Made by a program: the position numbers and the translations under genes. 64,000 bases of DNA from an uncultured bacterium (GTDB lineage Bacteria; Methylomirabilota; Methylomirabilia; Methylomirabilales; CSP1-5). Of this stretch, positions 26,495 to 36,245 are shown one piece after another (the stretch's first letter is position 1; each line of letters starts with the position of its first letter). The notes below the pieces were generated by a model. It was not told where the DNA came from. It saw only the letters and a list, made by a program, of their open reading frames with translations, and did no database searches. Location of the stretch: positions 390 through 64,389 of the forward strand of contig CAZLDS010000013.1 in NCBI GenBank assembly GCA_964558395.1, read 5' to 3'.

Positions 26495-27619
26495 ATGATT
26501 ACGGTGTCTGCCCATCGCGTGCGGCAGTTCGGGGTCGAATTCTATCAGGCCTCGTTCACGGCGTCGGACATCGACCGGCTGGTCCGGTTCGAGGTCTTGG
26601 GGTACGGTGCTGCCGAGGGACCTCAGGCGAAGCGACGCCGCCGGGCGTCGCGAATTAACTGGGAGCTCTTAGAAAACCGCATTGCCCGGGGTGAGGCGGC
26701 TTTTCAACGCCCCGTCATCCGTCGGAAGATCGAAGAGCTCCTGAAGTACTACCGGGAGTGCCAGGACGCGGGAAACCTTCCGGCCATCCCCGGCGCCGTC
26801 ATCATCATCGCGGAACGAGGACTCCGGTTCACACGGTCGGGCGCAAACCCGAGTCTCGGTCTCCTCCAAATTCCAGAGGAACCGGGCATCCTGCGGGCCT
26901 TGGATGGCCAACACCGCCTGCTGGCCCTGCATGCCGCCGCCGAGGAGCTCGGGGGACTGGAGGTACCCGCCGTCGTCTTTGACAACCTCGATGATCGGCA
27001 GATCGTGGAACTCTTCGTCACGATTAACGCCAAGCACACCCGGCTGAATCCGTCCCATCTGATTAGCCTGGCTGGCCGTCGCCTGTACGCCGATGAAAAC
27101 CAGGCGTTGGCCCACGACATCATCCGCGCCCTCAACGAGACAGAGTCATCCCCGCTGCGGCGCGAGATCCGCATTCTGGGCGTCGGACGGGGGAGGGTGT
27201 CGCAGGCTCCCTTGGCCGAAGAGATGGTGGAGCTCCTCGAGACGGTGCAAAAGATTGGCGGAGGCCAACGCGCTAGAGAGCTCCGCGAGGGCGCGCGCCG
27301 CTTTTTCTTGAACTATTTTAAGGCGATCGCGGGAGCGTTCCCCCAGGCCTGGGTGGGCCGCAAGTACAGCATCAAGACGGGCACGGCGCTGCGGGCCTTT
27401 ATCCGGGTCGCCCCGGATGTCATGGCCGCTGCCCGAGAAGGCAAGAAGGACCCCTTCGACGCCGTGGCCATTCGCCACGCGGTCTCCCCCTGGAGTGAGC
27501 GCATCGGGGACACTCGCTTCGAGACGGAGGGGGCCTGGCGGCAGAAACTGGCCGGGGGGACGCGGGGAACCGTTGAGACTTTAGTCCGTGAGCTGCGGGA
27601 TGCGTTGCGCCACCGCTGA
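26495..27619 (+). CDS. DGQHR-domain protein (DndB/ParB-like superfamily)
   Basis: FQRPVIRRKIEEL, ALDGQHRLLAL, ELFVTINAK. Confidence 0.88.
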   Translation: MITVSAHRVRQFGVEFYQASFTASDIDRLVRFEVLGYGAAEGPQAKRRRRASRINWELLENRIARGEAAFQRPVIRRKIEELLKYYRECQDAGNLPAIPGAVIIIAERGLRFTRSGANPSLGLLQIPEEPGILRALDGQHRLLALHAAAEELGGLEVPAVVFDNLDDRQIVELFVTINAKHTRLNPSHLISLAGRRLYADENQALAHDIIRALNETESSPLRREIRILGVGRGRVSQAPLAEEMVELLETVQKIGGGQRARELREGARRFFLNYFKAIAGAFPQAWVGRKYSIKTGTALRAFIRVAPDVMAAAREGKKDPFDAVAIRHAVSPWSERIGDTRFETEGAWRQKLAGGTRGTVETLVRELRDALRHR

Positions 27620-28502
27620 CGGCGACAGGGGGGACAGTCATCCATCGTTCACGCGAGCGGCAGTCGAGGCGCGAAGGGACCGGATCTTTCGGCGACTGCC
27701 GCATCTGAGGGTCCGGAGCGAAAAGGGGGCGCTCCGGTTCATCCAGCGCGTCGGCTTCAGTTTTACCTTCAGCACCTCTGGCTCCGTGCTCCCCTGCCTC
27801 TACGTTGCGGTCTGCGGGCGTCGTCATCCCTCCTGGCCCAAGCGCACCCACCATCACCCGGCCGTTGTCCTGACCTGGGACCTCAAAAATACCCTCCCAG
27901 CCAAGCGCCTCGTCTATTATGGCAAGCTCCTCAAGGGAAAGCCGACCCTCGTGTCACTGGATCTCTTTCCCGCTTTCGTGGCCCTGATCCGCGACGGGAG
28001 GCTCAGCGGGGATTACCTGGCGGACTACCGCGACGGCCGCCTCAGTCGGACGGCCCTCCACATCATGGATACCCTGATGGACTCGCACCCCCTCGAAACG
28101 GGTGAGCTACGCCGCCGCGCCGGGCTGGGGACGCCGGCGCATACCGGGACGTTCGAAAAGGCCATGGCGGAGCTGCAGCGCAAGCTCTGGGTGGTGAAAA
28201 CGGAGGAGGTATACGACCCCTCTTTTTGCTATCGGTGGGACCTGTTGGAGAGCTGGTTGCCCGAGCAGGTGAGGAAAGGCCACGAGCTTGCACGGGATGA
28301 GGCGGCTCTCCGCGTGTTGGAGACCTACCTCAAGAGCGTCATTGCCAGTCAGGAGGGGATCATGACCCGCCTCTTTGAGCTGTCGGCAAGCGAGGTCGAG
28401 CGGGCACTTACACGACTCGCTGACGACGGGCTGATCACTCGGGGAGTCCCGATCCGGAATTGGCCGGGCCGTTGGGTCCTGTGGCTGTCTACCACGCCCT
28501 GA
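27600..28502 (+). CDS. Winged-helix AlkZ/YcaQ-like DNA glycosylase-family protein
   Basis: WDLKNTL...VYYGKLLKGKPTLVS, FEKAMAELQ...Y-RWDLLE; start uncertain. Confidence 0.6.
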   Translation: MRCATADGDRGDSHPSFTRAAVEARRDRIFRRLPHLRVRSEKGALRFIQRVGFSFTFSTSGSVLPCLYVAVCGRRHPSWPKRTHHHPAVVLTWDLKNTLPAKRLVYYGKLLKGKPTLVSLDLFPAFVALIRDGRLSGDYLADYRDGRLSRTALHIMDTLMDSHPLETGELRRRAGLGTPAHTGTFEKAMAELQRKLWVVKTEEVYDPSFCYRWDLLESWLPEQVRKGHELARDEAALRVLETYLKSVIASQEGIMTRLFELSASEVERALTRLADDGLITRGVPIRNWPGRWVLWLSTTP

Positions 28503-28540
28503 CCGTTGGGTTTCTGGTGCTCCCCTCGCAGCGCACTCCC

Positions 28541-28569
28541 TTGAAAAAACGGGGAAATCCGCGTATGCT
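28541..28569 (+). promoter_or_regulatory. Sigma70-type promoter of smpB
   Basis: TTGAAA, 17-bp spacer, TATGCT. Confidence 0.55.
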
Positions 28570-28604
28570 TAATATACGCGGACTATACGCATGGTTAAGG
28601 AGAC

Positions 28605-29063
28605 ATGACGCACGGGAAGGTACTGACCACGAATCGGAAGGCCTACCACGATTACCACATCGAGGAGGCCTTTGAGGTTGGCATCGCCCTCACGGGAACC
28701 GAAGTCAAGGCGCTTCGGGAGGGGCGAGCGAACCTGCGGGACGGCTATGCGGCCGTGGAGGGGGGGGAGGTATTTCTCCTCAACTGTCATGTCAGCCCAT
28801 ACGCGCCGGCCAACCGCTTTAACCATGAGCCGCGCCGGCCCAGGAAGCTGCTGTTACACCGGGGGGAGATCCGGCGGTTGATCGGAAAGGTGCAGGAGAA
28901 GGGGCTCACCCTGGTGCCGCTGAGTCTGTATCTCAAGAACGGCCGAGTCAAGGTCGAGCTGGCGCTGTGCCGTGGCAAGAAGCAGTATGATAAGCGCGAG
29001 GACCTCAAGCGGCGTACCCACGAACGGGAAGTCGCCGACGCACTCAAGAGGGTCAAGAGCTGA
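28605..29063 (+). CDS. smpB: SsrA-binding protein
   Basis: NRKAYHDY, GIALTGTEVKALR, RKLLLHRGEI, GKKQYDKRE. Confidence 0.98.
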   Translation: MTHGKVLTTNRKAYHDYHIEEAFEVGIALTGTEVKALREGRANLRDGYAAVEGGEVFLLNCHVSPYAPANRFNHEPRRPRKLLLHRGEIRRLIGKVQEKGLTLVPLSLYLKNGRVKVELALCRGKKQYDKREDLKRRTHEREVADALKRVKS

Positions 29064-29157
29064 GAGTTGAGGGTCGAGGGTTCAAAAACAAAGGCCTGCA
29101 TCGTATGTATGTTTGCGAGTTGTAGTTCAAGCTCTCGACTCTAGACTCTCAACTATT
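29060..29157. repeat. Inverted heptamer pair between smpB and ssrA
   Basis: gagagttgagggtcgagggt facing gctctcgactctagactctcaact. Confidence 0.75.
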
Positions 29158-29180
29158 AGCGGCGGCGCTTCGCGCCGCAA

Positions 29181-29534
29181 GGGGGCGAAACGGTTTCGAC
29201 GGGGACAGGGGTTGGTAGAGGTAGCATGCCGAGGTCCCATCACCCTCGTAAAACCGATGGAAAACACACAACTGCCAACCATCAGCTGGCACTGGCTGCC
29301 TAACGAGTAGCCACGCCGCCCTTGCCTCGCTCACCGGGGAAGGTGAGGCGTCATACAGGTGAGCTGGCCTTTCTCTCCCGGCCCGGGGGAGGAGGGCGAG
29401 AACTCAAGGGCTGGCCGGTGAGTGGCTCTGCCTGTAGTGGTGCTCACCGGCGAGACATAACGTACAGGCTAAGCATGTAGAGACTTCTATGGGCCGGTTC
29501 TCGGACGCGGGTTCGACTCCCGCCGCCTCCACCA
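29181..29534 (+). ncRNA. ssrA: tmRNA
   Basis: 5' GGGGGCGAAACGGTTTCGAC, tag ORF ANHQLALAA* at 29274-29303, 3' GGTTCGACTCCCGCCGCCTCCACCA; directly after smpB. Confidence 0.95.
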
Positions 29535-29712
29535 TTCGACGCGCGGGGAAACCTCGGTGAGGGGTTTCCCCGCTTGCGTGTCCCGAGCGCAGTCGAGGGG
29601 CTCATGGCCCTTCGAGCTGAACCTCAGGGCGAGCAGGCCATTCAGGAGGGATAGAGTATGGATCGCGCGTCGAATGGTGCCCTGAGCGAGCTACGCAGTG
29701 CGAGTCGAAGGG
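29530..29712. repeat. Palindromic cassette anchored on the tmRNA 3' end
   Basis: Perfect 16-bp inverted repeat 29530-29545 / 29664-29679, internal hairpin gcggggaaacc...ggtttccccgc, REP-like CCTGAGC...GTCGAAGGG. Confidence 0.7.
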
Positions 29713-29853
29713 CTTCTTGCTTGAATCGATTCAGTCCTTTAGATGCTTGTCAAGACCAGGGTCCATCCGATATAGTGATTGGCATTCCGTTTGCCAGTAT
29801 GGCGTGTGGGATTGTTGTGTGAACCACAAACGTACTCTCACCAAAGGCATCGC

Positions 29854-30572
29854 GTGGCCAAGGAAATCCTGATTGTCGACAACGACGAACTCATCCTCGT
29901 GGTCCCCTCTCGGCGCGCCAGCAACACTATCTCCAAAATATTCATGGCAGCGCGCACCACATCCTGAGGCTGGCCAACGATCTCTTGGAACTGGCCCAAG
30001 TCGATACGGGTCAGAAAATGTTTTACTCCGAGGAGTTCAGTCCCCTGGTCGTCCTGGACGAGGTGAATGGCTTGATGGCTCCGGAGGCGGCGCATAAAGA
30101 GATTACATTGACGATGCAGGCAGAGCCACGGCTCCCCCCGATCCGCGGTGACTTCCACCAGTTTCGCCAGATTCTCCTACACCTGGTCTCCAATGCGATC
30201 AAGTTCACTCCAGAAAAGGGTGAGGTCTCGGTCACGGCCCGCGCCCCGGATCGTAAAACCCTTGCGGTCTCGATCAGGGATACCGGGATCGGGATTCGTC
30301 CAGAGGAACGGGGGCGGATCTTTGAACCGTTCGGCCGGGGGGAGAATGCCGTCGGGCAACGGATCCCGGGAGTGGGTCTTGGTCTCACTCTCGCCAAGCG
30401 ACTGATCGAACTACAAGGGGGAGAGATTGCGGTGGAGAGCGAGGGGGAGGATCGGGGGAGTACCTTCACCTTTACGTTGCCCGTTACCCCGTCGACGCCC
30501 TCCGCACCCTTTTCGGGGATGGGATCAGGAACCGTTCCACCCCGGCCATCCGGTTCTCAATCCGTTTTGTAG
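29854..30572 (+). pseudogene. Deletion scar: receiver-domain start joined out of frame to the C-terminal half of a histidine kinase
   Basis: GTG 29854 gives VAKEILIVDNDELIL; another frame gives GPLSARQQHYLQNIHGSAHHILRLANDLL then HATPase N/G1/F/G2 boxes; no H-box. Confidence 0.75.
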
Positions 30573-30662
30573 GACTGCTGACTCCCCGTCACACGTATCT
30601 TCTCGCAAGCCTCGATTGCCTTCGCATGGGCTCCTCCCCAGCGACGTGGCAGGAGGCCCCTC

Positions 30663-32333
30663 ATGAACGGCGCCGGTCTCCTTGTCCGAGGGCTGAAGCA
30701 GGAAGGGATCGAACAGATCTTTAGTCTCTCGGGCGACCATATCAATCCCATCTACGATGTCTGCCCCGACTTCCAGATCCGCATCATCGATACACGCCAC
30801 GAATCTGCAGCCGCTCTGATGGCCGACGCCTGGGCACGGGTGACACGCCGACCGGGTGTCTTCGTCGTGACGGGTGGCCCGGGGCATACGAACGCCCTCA
30901 CCGGATTGGCAAGCGCCTTTCTTCAAGGGTGTCCGGTCCTTGGTATCAGTGGGGCTCCGGAGTCCTCTTTGAAAGATCGTGGCGCCTTTCAGGGACTCGA
31001 TCAGCTGGCGTTGGTCAGGCCGATCACCAAGTGGGCTGCGGTCGTGACCGATGTGCGCCAGATTCCGGAGTATCTGGTTACGGCTTTCCGCGAGGCCTTG
31101 TCTGGGCGGCCGGGGCCAGTCCATCTCACGATCCCCATCGAGGTTTTGAGTCGACGAACCATCGAGGCGCCACGTGCTCCGTCTCAAGGCGGCCTTTCCC
31201 AGCCTTTGCTCGAGGCGGAACCGGATCGTGTGCGAGAGGCGGTAGCCCTGCTCCGGGAGGCAGAGCGGCCGGTGCTCATCGCTGGGAGTGGAGCCTGGTG
31301 GTCGCAGGCTGGCCCTGAGCTCGAGCGCGTGGTGGAGCTCACCCGGATCCCCGTCTTCACAATCGGTCTGTCTCGAGGGCTCATCTCAGATGACCATCCT
31401 CTCTGCTTCGGCTATGCCGACCCGCTCCTCAACGGGGCTGCCCGAGAGTTTGTGCGGGCGGATGTCGTCTGCATCCTTGGGAAGCGCATGGACTATCGGC
31501 TGGCCTTTGGCGGCTCGATCCTGTTCGATCCGGCGGCTCGGATCATTCAGGTGGATATCCATTCAGCGGAGATTGGCCGAAATCGTGATGTGGAGGTGGG
31601 GATTGTTGCCGATGTCCGAAACTTCCTGATCCAGTGTCTGGCCCAGATGGGAAAACCATGGCCAGAGCGGGCCTGGCTCCGTCACATCGCGGACGCGGCT
31701 CGGTCTTGGCGGACAAGCCTCGGGCCGGGGGAAGATTCCGACGAAACGCCTATCCACCCGTTGCGGTTGTGTCGGGAGCTTCGGGAGGTCCTGCCACCCG
31801 AGGCAACCGTGGCCATCGACGCGGGCGATTTCCTGCAGTGGGCCCGGATGACTTTACCCGCCCGCTGCCCGGGGCGCTGGTTGCGGCTTGGCCCCCTGGG
31901 GACCTTGGGGGCGGCTATCCCCTTCGGCATCGCAGCCAAACTGGCGAGGCCGCGGGAACCGGTGGTCGTCGTGACCGGAGATGGGGGATTCGCCTATCAT
32001 GGGTTTGAGCTGCACACCGCCGTTCGGCACGATCTTCCGATTGTCGTGGTCATCGGGAACGACGGGGCGATGGGGATGGAAAAGCAGATCCAGACCGCCC
32101 TCTACGGGCCGGATCGGGTGGTCGGCTGTGAGCTGGGGCTGGTCCGATACGACCAGGTGGTTGAAGCGATCGGGGGGCATGGTGAGTTTGTGGAGCACCC
32201 GGATGCCCTCCGGCCGGCGCTCCTCCGGGCTTTGGGGGCGGGCCGTCCTGCGTGCGTGAATGTGGTGATTCGAGGCGTTCCGAGCCCCCTGACGGAAATG
32301 AGCATCGCCAGGAAACGGGCCCTGATGCAGTGA
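30663..32333 (+). CDS. ThDP-dependent enzyme (acetolactate synthase-like / 2-hydroxyacyl-CoA lyase / oxalyl-CoA decarboxylase group)
   Basis: TRHESAA, VTGGPGHTNA, GRPGPVHL, GDGGFA...NDG ThDP motif. Confidence 0.9.
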   Translation: MNGAGLLVRGLKQEGIEQIFSLSGDHINPIYDVCPDFQIRIIDTRHESAAALMADAWARVTRRPGVFVVTGGPGHTNALTGLASAFLQGCPVLGISGAPESSLKDRGAFQGLDQLALVRPITKWAAVVTDVRQIPEYLVTAFREALSGRPGPVHLTIPIEVLSRRTIEAPRAPSQGGLSQPLLEAEPDRVREAVALLREAERPVLIAGSGAWWSQAGPELERVVELTRIPVFTIGLSRGLISDDHPLCFGYADPLLNGAAREFVRADVVCILGKRMDYRLAFGGSILFDPAARIIQVDIHSAEIGRNRDVEVGIVADVRNFLIQCLAQMGKPWPERAWLRHIADAARSWRTSLGPGEDSDETPIHPLRLCRELREVLPPEATVAIDAGDFLQWARMTLPARCPGRWLRLGPLGTLGAAIPFGIAAKLARPREPVVVVTGDGGFAYHGFELHTAVRHDLPIVVVIGNDGAMGMEKQIQTALYGPDRVVGCELGLVRYDQVVEAIGGHGEFVEHPDALRPALLRALGAGRPACVNVVIRGVPSPLTEMSIARKRALMQ

Positions 32334-32373
32334 AACACTGGTGCCTCACGCGGCGTATACAAAGCAGGAGATA

Positions 32374-32982
32374 GTGGACTCCAATGTAGAGGACCGGCCG
32401 GCGTTTGCGGATGGAGAGCTCGTTGCCCGCATCCTCCAGGGGGACCAGAGAGCGTTTGAGGTCCTGGTCCAGCGGTATAGTCCGCTGGTCCTGCGGGTCG
32501 TCCGGGGGGTTCTGGCGCGGTCCGCCGACGTGGAGGATATTGCACAGGAGGTCTTCCTTCGGGCCTACCGATCATTGGGACAGATCGAGGCCGGCTCCCG
32601 TCTGGCGCCGTGGCTGGTCCGGATCGCCGTGAATCTGTGCTACGACCACCTTCGCCGTCTTCGTCGGCGGGGCGAGCGATCCTTCTCAGAGCTGGGCCCG
32701 CAGGAAGCGGGGGTTGTTGATACGCTGCTGCACGATGAGGCGGCATTGCATGCAGTCGACCGTCTCTTTCTTCGAGAGGTAGCGGAAAAGCTGGTGGGTC
32801 AACTCGCCCCGCAGGATCGGGCGGTCCTCCTCTTGAAAGAGCGGGAGGGGATGGACACGAGGGAGGTGGCCAGGGTCCTCGGATGCTCCGAAACGGCGGT
32901 CCGTCTTCGGCTCTTTCGGGCCCGGCGAGCCCTGAGGAAGCTTCTTGGTGAGGGGATGCATTGGAGCGGGAGGGGATCATGA
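32374..32982 (+). CDS. ECF sigma factor
   Basis: AFEVLVQRY, EDIAQEVFLRAY, WLVRIAVN, EVARVLGCSETAVRLRLFRAR; GTG start after aggag. Confidence 0.93.
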   Translation: MDSNVEDRPAFADGELVARILQGDQRAFEVLVQRYSPLVLRVVRGVLARSADVEDIAQEVFLRAYRSLGQIEAGSRLAPWLVRIAVNLCYDHLRRLRRRGERSFSELGPQEAGVVDTLLHDEAALHAVDRLFLREVAEKLVGQLAPQDRAVLLLKEREGMDTREVARVLGCSETAVRLRLFRARRALRKLLGEGMHWSGRGS

Positions 32983-33437
32983 AGTGTCGAAAGGCGCGAC
33001 AGGCTATGACGCGGCGGGGAATCTTGACGTCTCGGGAGGCCGACGAGCTGGCCGTGCACCTCGCGGATTGTCCGGGGTGCGCCGCCATGGCGCGGCGTGA
33101 TCGGCTGACCCGGCGCCTGCTCGAGGTGTTGGCGCCTGACGAGCAGCCGTCCCCCAATTTTTTCGCGCGGCTCCGTGCACGGCTCCGCGAAGTCGACCGG
33201 CCGGCGTACCGTTCGCGGTTCTGGGTGAAAGCCCTCGTCCCGGCTCTGGCAAGCCTGACGTTGATTTTGGGGAGCATTGCCTATCTCCTTCCTCCTCCCG
33301 CATCCTCGGTTGTGTCGTTACAGCTTCTGCACTCCGGCGCCGTGGCTCCTGAAACCTTCGCGGTCTTGGGGATCCCCCCGCCAACCCGTGATCAGGTACT
33401 CGCATCGGTCCTTGGGGTGGAGGAGCAGGTCCCATGA
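32979..33437 (+). CDS. Zinc-binding anti-sigma factor (zf-HC2)
   Basis: C...HLADCPGC motif, one TM helix, ATGA coupling to sigma. Confidence 0.85.
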   Translation: MKCRKARQAMTRRGILTSREADELAVHLADCPGCAAMARRDRLTRRLLEVLAPDEQPSPNFFARLRARLREVDRPAYRSRFWVKALVPALASLTLILGSIAYLLPPPASSVVSLQLLHSGAVAPETFAVLGIPPPTRDQVLASVLGVEEQVP

Positions 33438-33817
33438 AGAGAGAAGTCAATGTTATCGGTTTGATCCTGGTGTTTGCCCTGGGCGTTGCCTTCGGCGCAC
33501 TGGGGCTTCGCCTGTATGAACGGGCGTCCGCAGATTCCGCAGGCGGAAGATGGGGTCGTTTCGACCGGGCGCGGTATGTCTCTCGGCTGACCAAAGATCT
33601 CCGGCTGACCGCTGAACAAGGGCATCAGCTCGATCGGATCTTGGATGATACCCGCGCCGAGTTCATGAAGGTCCGTGAGACCATCCAGCCCCAGATTCAA
33701 GAGATCAAGGGGCGGGCCCGAGGCCGGATCCGAGAAATGCTGACCCCCGATCAACAGGAGCGGTTCGAAGCCTTCGTGAAAGAGTGGGACGCAGAGAAGC
33801 AGCGCCGGGGCAAATAA
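33434..33817 (+). CDS. Spy/CpxP-like periplasmic protein
   Basis: N-terminal anchor; LRLTAEQ and MLTPDQQERF motifs. Confidence 0.75.
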   Translation: MKREVNVIGLILVFALGVAFGALGLRLYERASADSAGGRWGRFDRARYVSRLTKDLRLTAEQGHQLDRILDDTRAEFMKVRETIQPQIQEIKGRARGRIREMLTPDQQERFEAFVKEWDAEKQRRGK

Positions 33818-33905
33818 TAGCATCGTGACCGGTCGTGTTGGCGACGGGCTCCTCCGTGAGGCAGAGGCGACTCGTGAAAGGGGGGAAGGTGAGAAGGTGA
33901 CCGGC

Positions 33906-35273
33906 ATGGAATGGTCCGCATGGCGCAAGTGGAACAGGAAGACCATCGGCGTCGCCCTACTCCTCGCCTGTGTTGTGATCGTCGGAGGGATCGCCTGGCT
34001 ACGCTCTGGCAACAGCCCCCAGTATCGGACACTGCCCGTGGAGCGGGGAGAGATCGTGGCTAGCATCTCGGCCACCGGGACGTTGAACGCGGTGACCACC
34101 GTGCAGGTCGGGAGCCAAATTTCGGGGATGATCAAGGAGCTGCACGCAGACTTCAACTCCCGGGTGGAGAAGGGGCAACTGATCGCTCGCATCGACCCCG
34201 AGATCTTCGAGGCAAAGCTGGAGCAGGCGAACGCGGAGCTGGAGAGTGCGCAGACGACGGTCTTGAACCAGCGGGCGAATGTAGCGCGGGCCGAGGCCGA
34301 TCTCTTAAGCGCCAAGGCGAACCGCGCCCGCGCCGAAGCGAGTGTGCGGGATGCCAGAGTCAAGCACGAGAGCCGGGACGCCCTCTTTAAAGAGGGAGGC
34401 ATCTCCCGCGAGGAGCGAGAATCGGCGCAAGCCACGTTCGACCAAGCCGTGGCTCAGCTCGACGCGGCGGCTGCCGCCGTTCGCGCGGCGCAGGCACAGT
34501 TGCAAGTCGCCCGAGCACAGCTCCAGTCCGCCGAGGCGGCCGTCCGCCAGAAACAGGCGGCCATGCGCGCGGCAGAGGTGGACCTTGACCACACGTACAT
34601 TCGGGCGCCCGTCAATGGGGTCGTGATTGCCAGGAACGTCGACGTCGGGCAGACCGTGGCCGCGTCGCTCCAGGCTCCCACCCTCTTCCTCATTGCGGAG
34701 GACTTGACGAAGATGCAGGTCGACACCAGTGTGGACGAGGCCGACATCTCACGCGTCAAGGCCGACCTGCCCGCCACCTTCACGGTGGACGCGTATCCTG
34801 GGGAGACCTTTGCGGGGAAGATTCTCCAGATCCGTCAGGCACCCATCAACGTTCAGAATGTGGTGACCTATAATGTGGTGATCGAGGTGGATAACACCGA
34901 CCTAAGGCTCATGCCTGGGATGACTGCCAATGTGAAAATCGTCGTCGCGGAGAAACACAATGTCCTGAAGGTCCCCAATGCGGCCCTCCGATTCCGGCCC
35001 CGGCCCGCTCAACCGTCTCAGGGGACTGCGAACGCAGCCGCTGGCGGAGAGGCCCTTGGCGCCAAGCCCCACGGGGGAAATCGCAAGACCGTCTGGGTTC
35101 TCGAGCGGCGGGAGGTCCGTCCGGTGGTGATCGGCCTGGGGATTACCGACGGGACGCTCAGTGAAGTGGTCGAGGGAGACCTTCGGGAGGGCCAAGCCGT
35201 GATCGTCGGCACGGCCTCAAAGGGCCAGAGCCGGACAGGGACCAGTCAGAATCGACGCAGGTTTGGATTCTAG
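33906..35273 (+). CDS. Efflux periplasmic adaptor subunit (MacA-like)
   Basis: VQVGSQISG, IRAPVNGVVI, LRLMPGMTANV, KVPNAALRF. Confidence 0.92.
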   Translation: MEWSAWRKWNRKTIGVALLLACVVIVGGIAWLRSGNSPQYRTLPVERGEIVASISATGTLNAVTTVQVGSQISGMIKELHADFNSRVEKGQLIARIDPEIFEAKLEQANAELESAQTTVLNQRANVARAEADLLSAKANRARAEASVRDARVKHESRDALFKEGGISREERESAQATFDQAVAQLDAAAAAVRAAQAQLQVARAQLQSAEAAVRQKQAAMRAAEVDLDHTYIRAPVNGVVIARNVDVGQTVAASLQAPTLFLIAEDLTKMQVDTSVDEADISRVKADLPATFTVDAYPGETFAGKILQIRQAPINVQNVVTYNVVIEVDNTDLRLMPGMTANVKIVVAEKHNVLKVPNAALRFRPRPAQPSQGTANAAAGGEALGAKPHGGNRKTVWVLERREVRPVVIGLGITDGTLSEVVEGDLREGQAVIVGTASKGQSRTGTSQNRRRFGF

Positions 35274-35467
35274 CCCGCATTATTCACGAACGGAGTATCT
35301 TCGCGAATGATGCGCCTCCCGGTGCGGCCTCGGCCGCACGGGAGGTTTCGACAGACCGCTACTGCGGCCTGCTCAAGGCTAGTCCTGAGCGCCGCCCCGC
35401 AAACGCGGGGCGGAGTCGAAGCCCGAAGGGCGGATTATTTCGTTCCCATGCGAATAACCCGGGCTAG
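35270..35467. mobile_element. MITE-like non-autonomous element
   Basis: 18-bp imperfect terminal inverted repeats (15/18) each ending in CTAG; two internal GC hairpins; no ORF. Confidence 0.55.
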
Positions 35468-35515
35468 TCCCGTTATTGGAACGGGACAGGTTGGAACGGC
35501 ACGAGGAGTCAGCGG

Positions 35516-36226
35516 ATGGCAGCCCCCATTGTCGTCGAAAGACTGCGGAAGGAATTTCATCTGGGCGAGGTGGTCGTTCCAGCACTCCAGGAAATCTCCG
35601 CCGAGATACAGGCGGGGGAGTTTGTCGCCGTGATGGGTTCCTCGGGGTCGGGGAAGTCTACCTTCATGAACATCTTGGGGTGTCTGGATCGGCCGACGGC
35701 AGGTGTCTATTTCCTTGATGGCGTGAGCGTGGCCACGCTGAGCCGGGACGAGCTTGCCCGCATTCGCAATAGACAGATTGGCTTTGTTTTCCAGAACTTC
35801 AACCTCCTCCCCCGGATTAGCGCGGTCGAGAACGTCGAGCTTCCGCTACTGTATAACGGGACCTCGGCCAAAGAGCGGCACGCCAAGGCGCTGGCTGCCC
35901 TGCAGGCGGTCAGCCTTCGGGGTCGAGAGGCGCATCAACCCAGCCAGCTTTCAGGGGGAGAGCAGCAGCGCGTGGCGATCGCGAGGGCCCTCGTGAACAA
36001 TCCGTCTTTGCTCCTGGCGGACGAGCCGACGGGGAACCTGGATTCGACAACGAGCAAAGAAATTATGACCCTCTTCTCCCGCGTGAATGAAGAGAGAGGG
36101 GTCACCATCGTACTCGTGACCCATGAGCTGGATATTGCCCGGTCGGCACAGCGCATCATCACCTTCCGGGACGGACGGGTGGTATCGGACGAGCCGATCA
36201 CAGCCCAGAAGGTGGCGATCTCTTGA
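35516..36226 (+). CDS. ABC transporter ATP-binding protein (MacB/LolD-like)
   Basis: [35 protein letters not shown]. Confidence 0.95.
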   Translation: MAAPIVVERLRKEFHLGEVVVPALQEISAEIQAGEFVAVMGSSGSGKSTFMNILGCLDRPTAGVYFLDGVSVATLSRDELARIRNRQIGFVFQNFNLLPRISAVENVELPLLYNGTSAKERHAKALAALQAVSLRGREAHQPSQLSGGEQQRVAIARALVNNPSLLLADEPTGNLDSTTSKEIMTLFSRVNEERGVTIVLVTHELDIARSAQRIITFRDGRVVSDEPITAQKVAIS

Positions 36227-36245
36227 GAGGAGTTGTGGCATTGCG

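Noticed and set aside
26495-27619. Dnd phosphorothioation system
   Set aside because: Only a DGQHR-domain gene is present; no dndA/C/D/E or ssp genes in the window
29535-30660. Intact prophage or integrative island at ssrA
   Set aside because: No integrase, no direct-repeat copy of the ssrA 3' end and no phage genes; only remnants are seen
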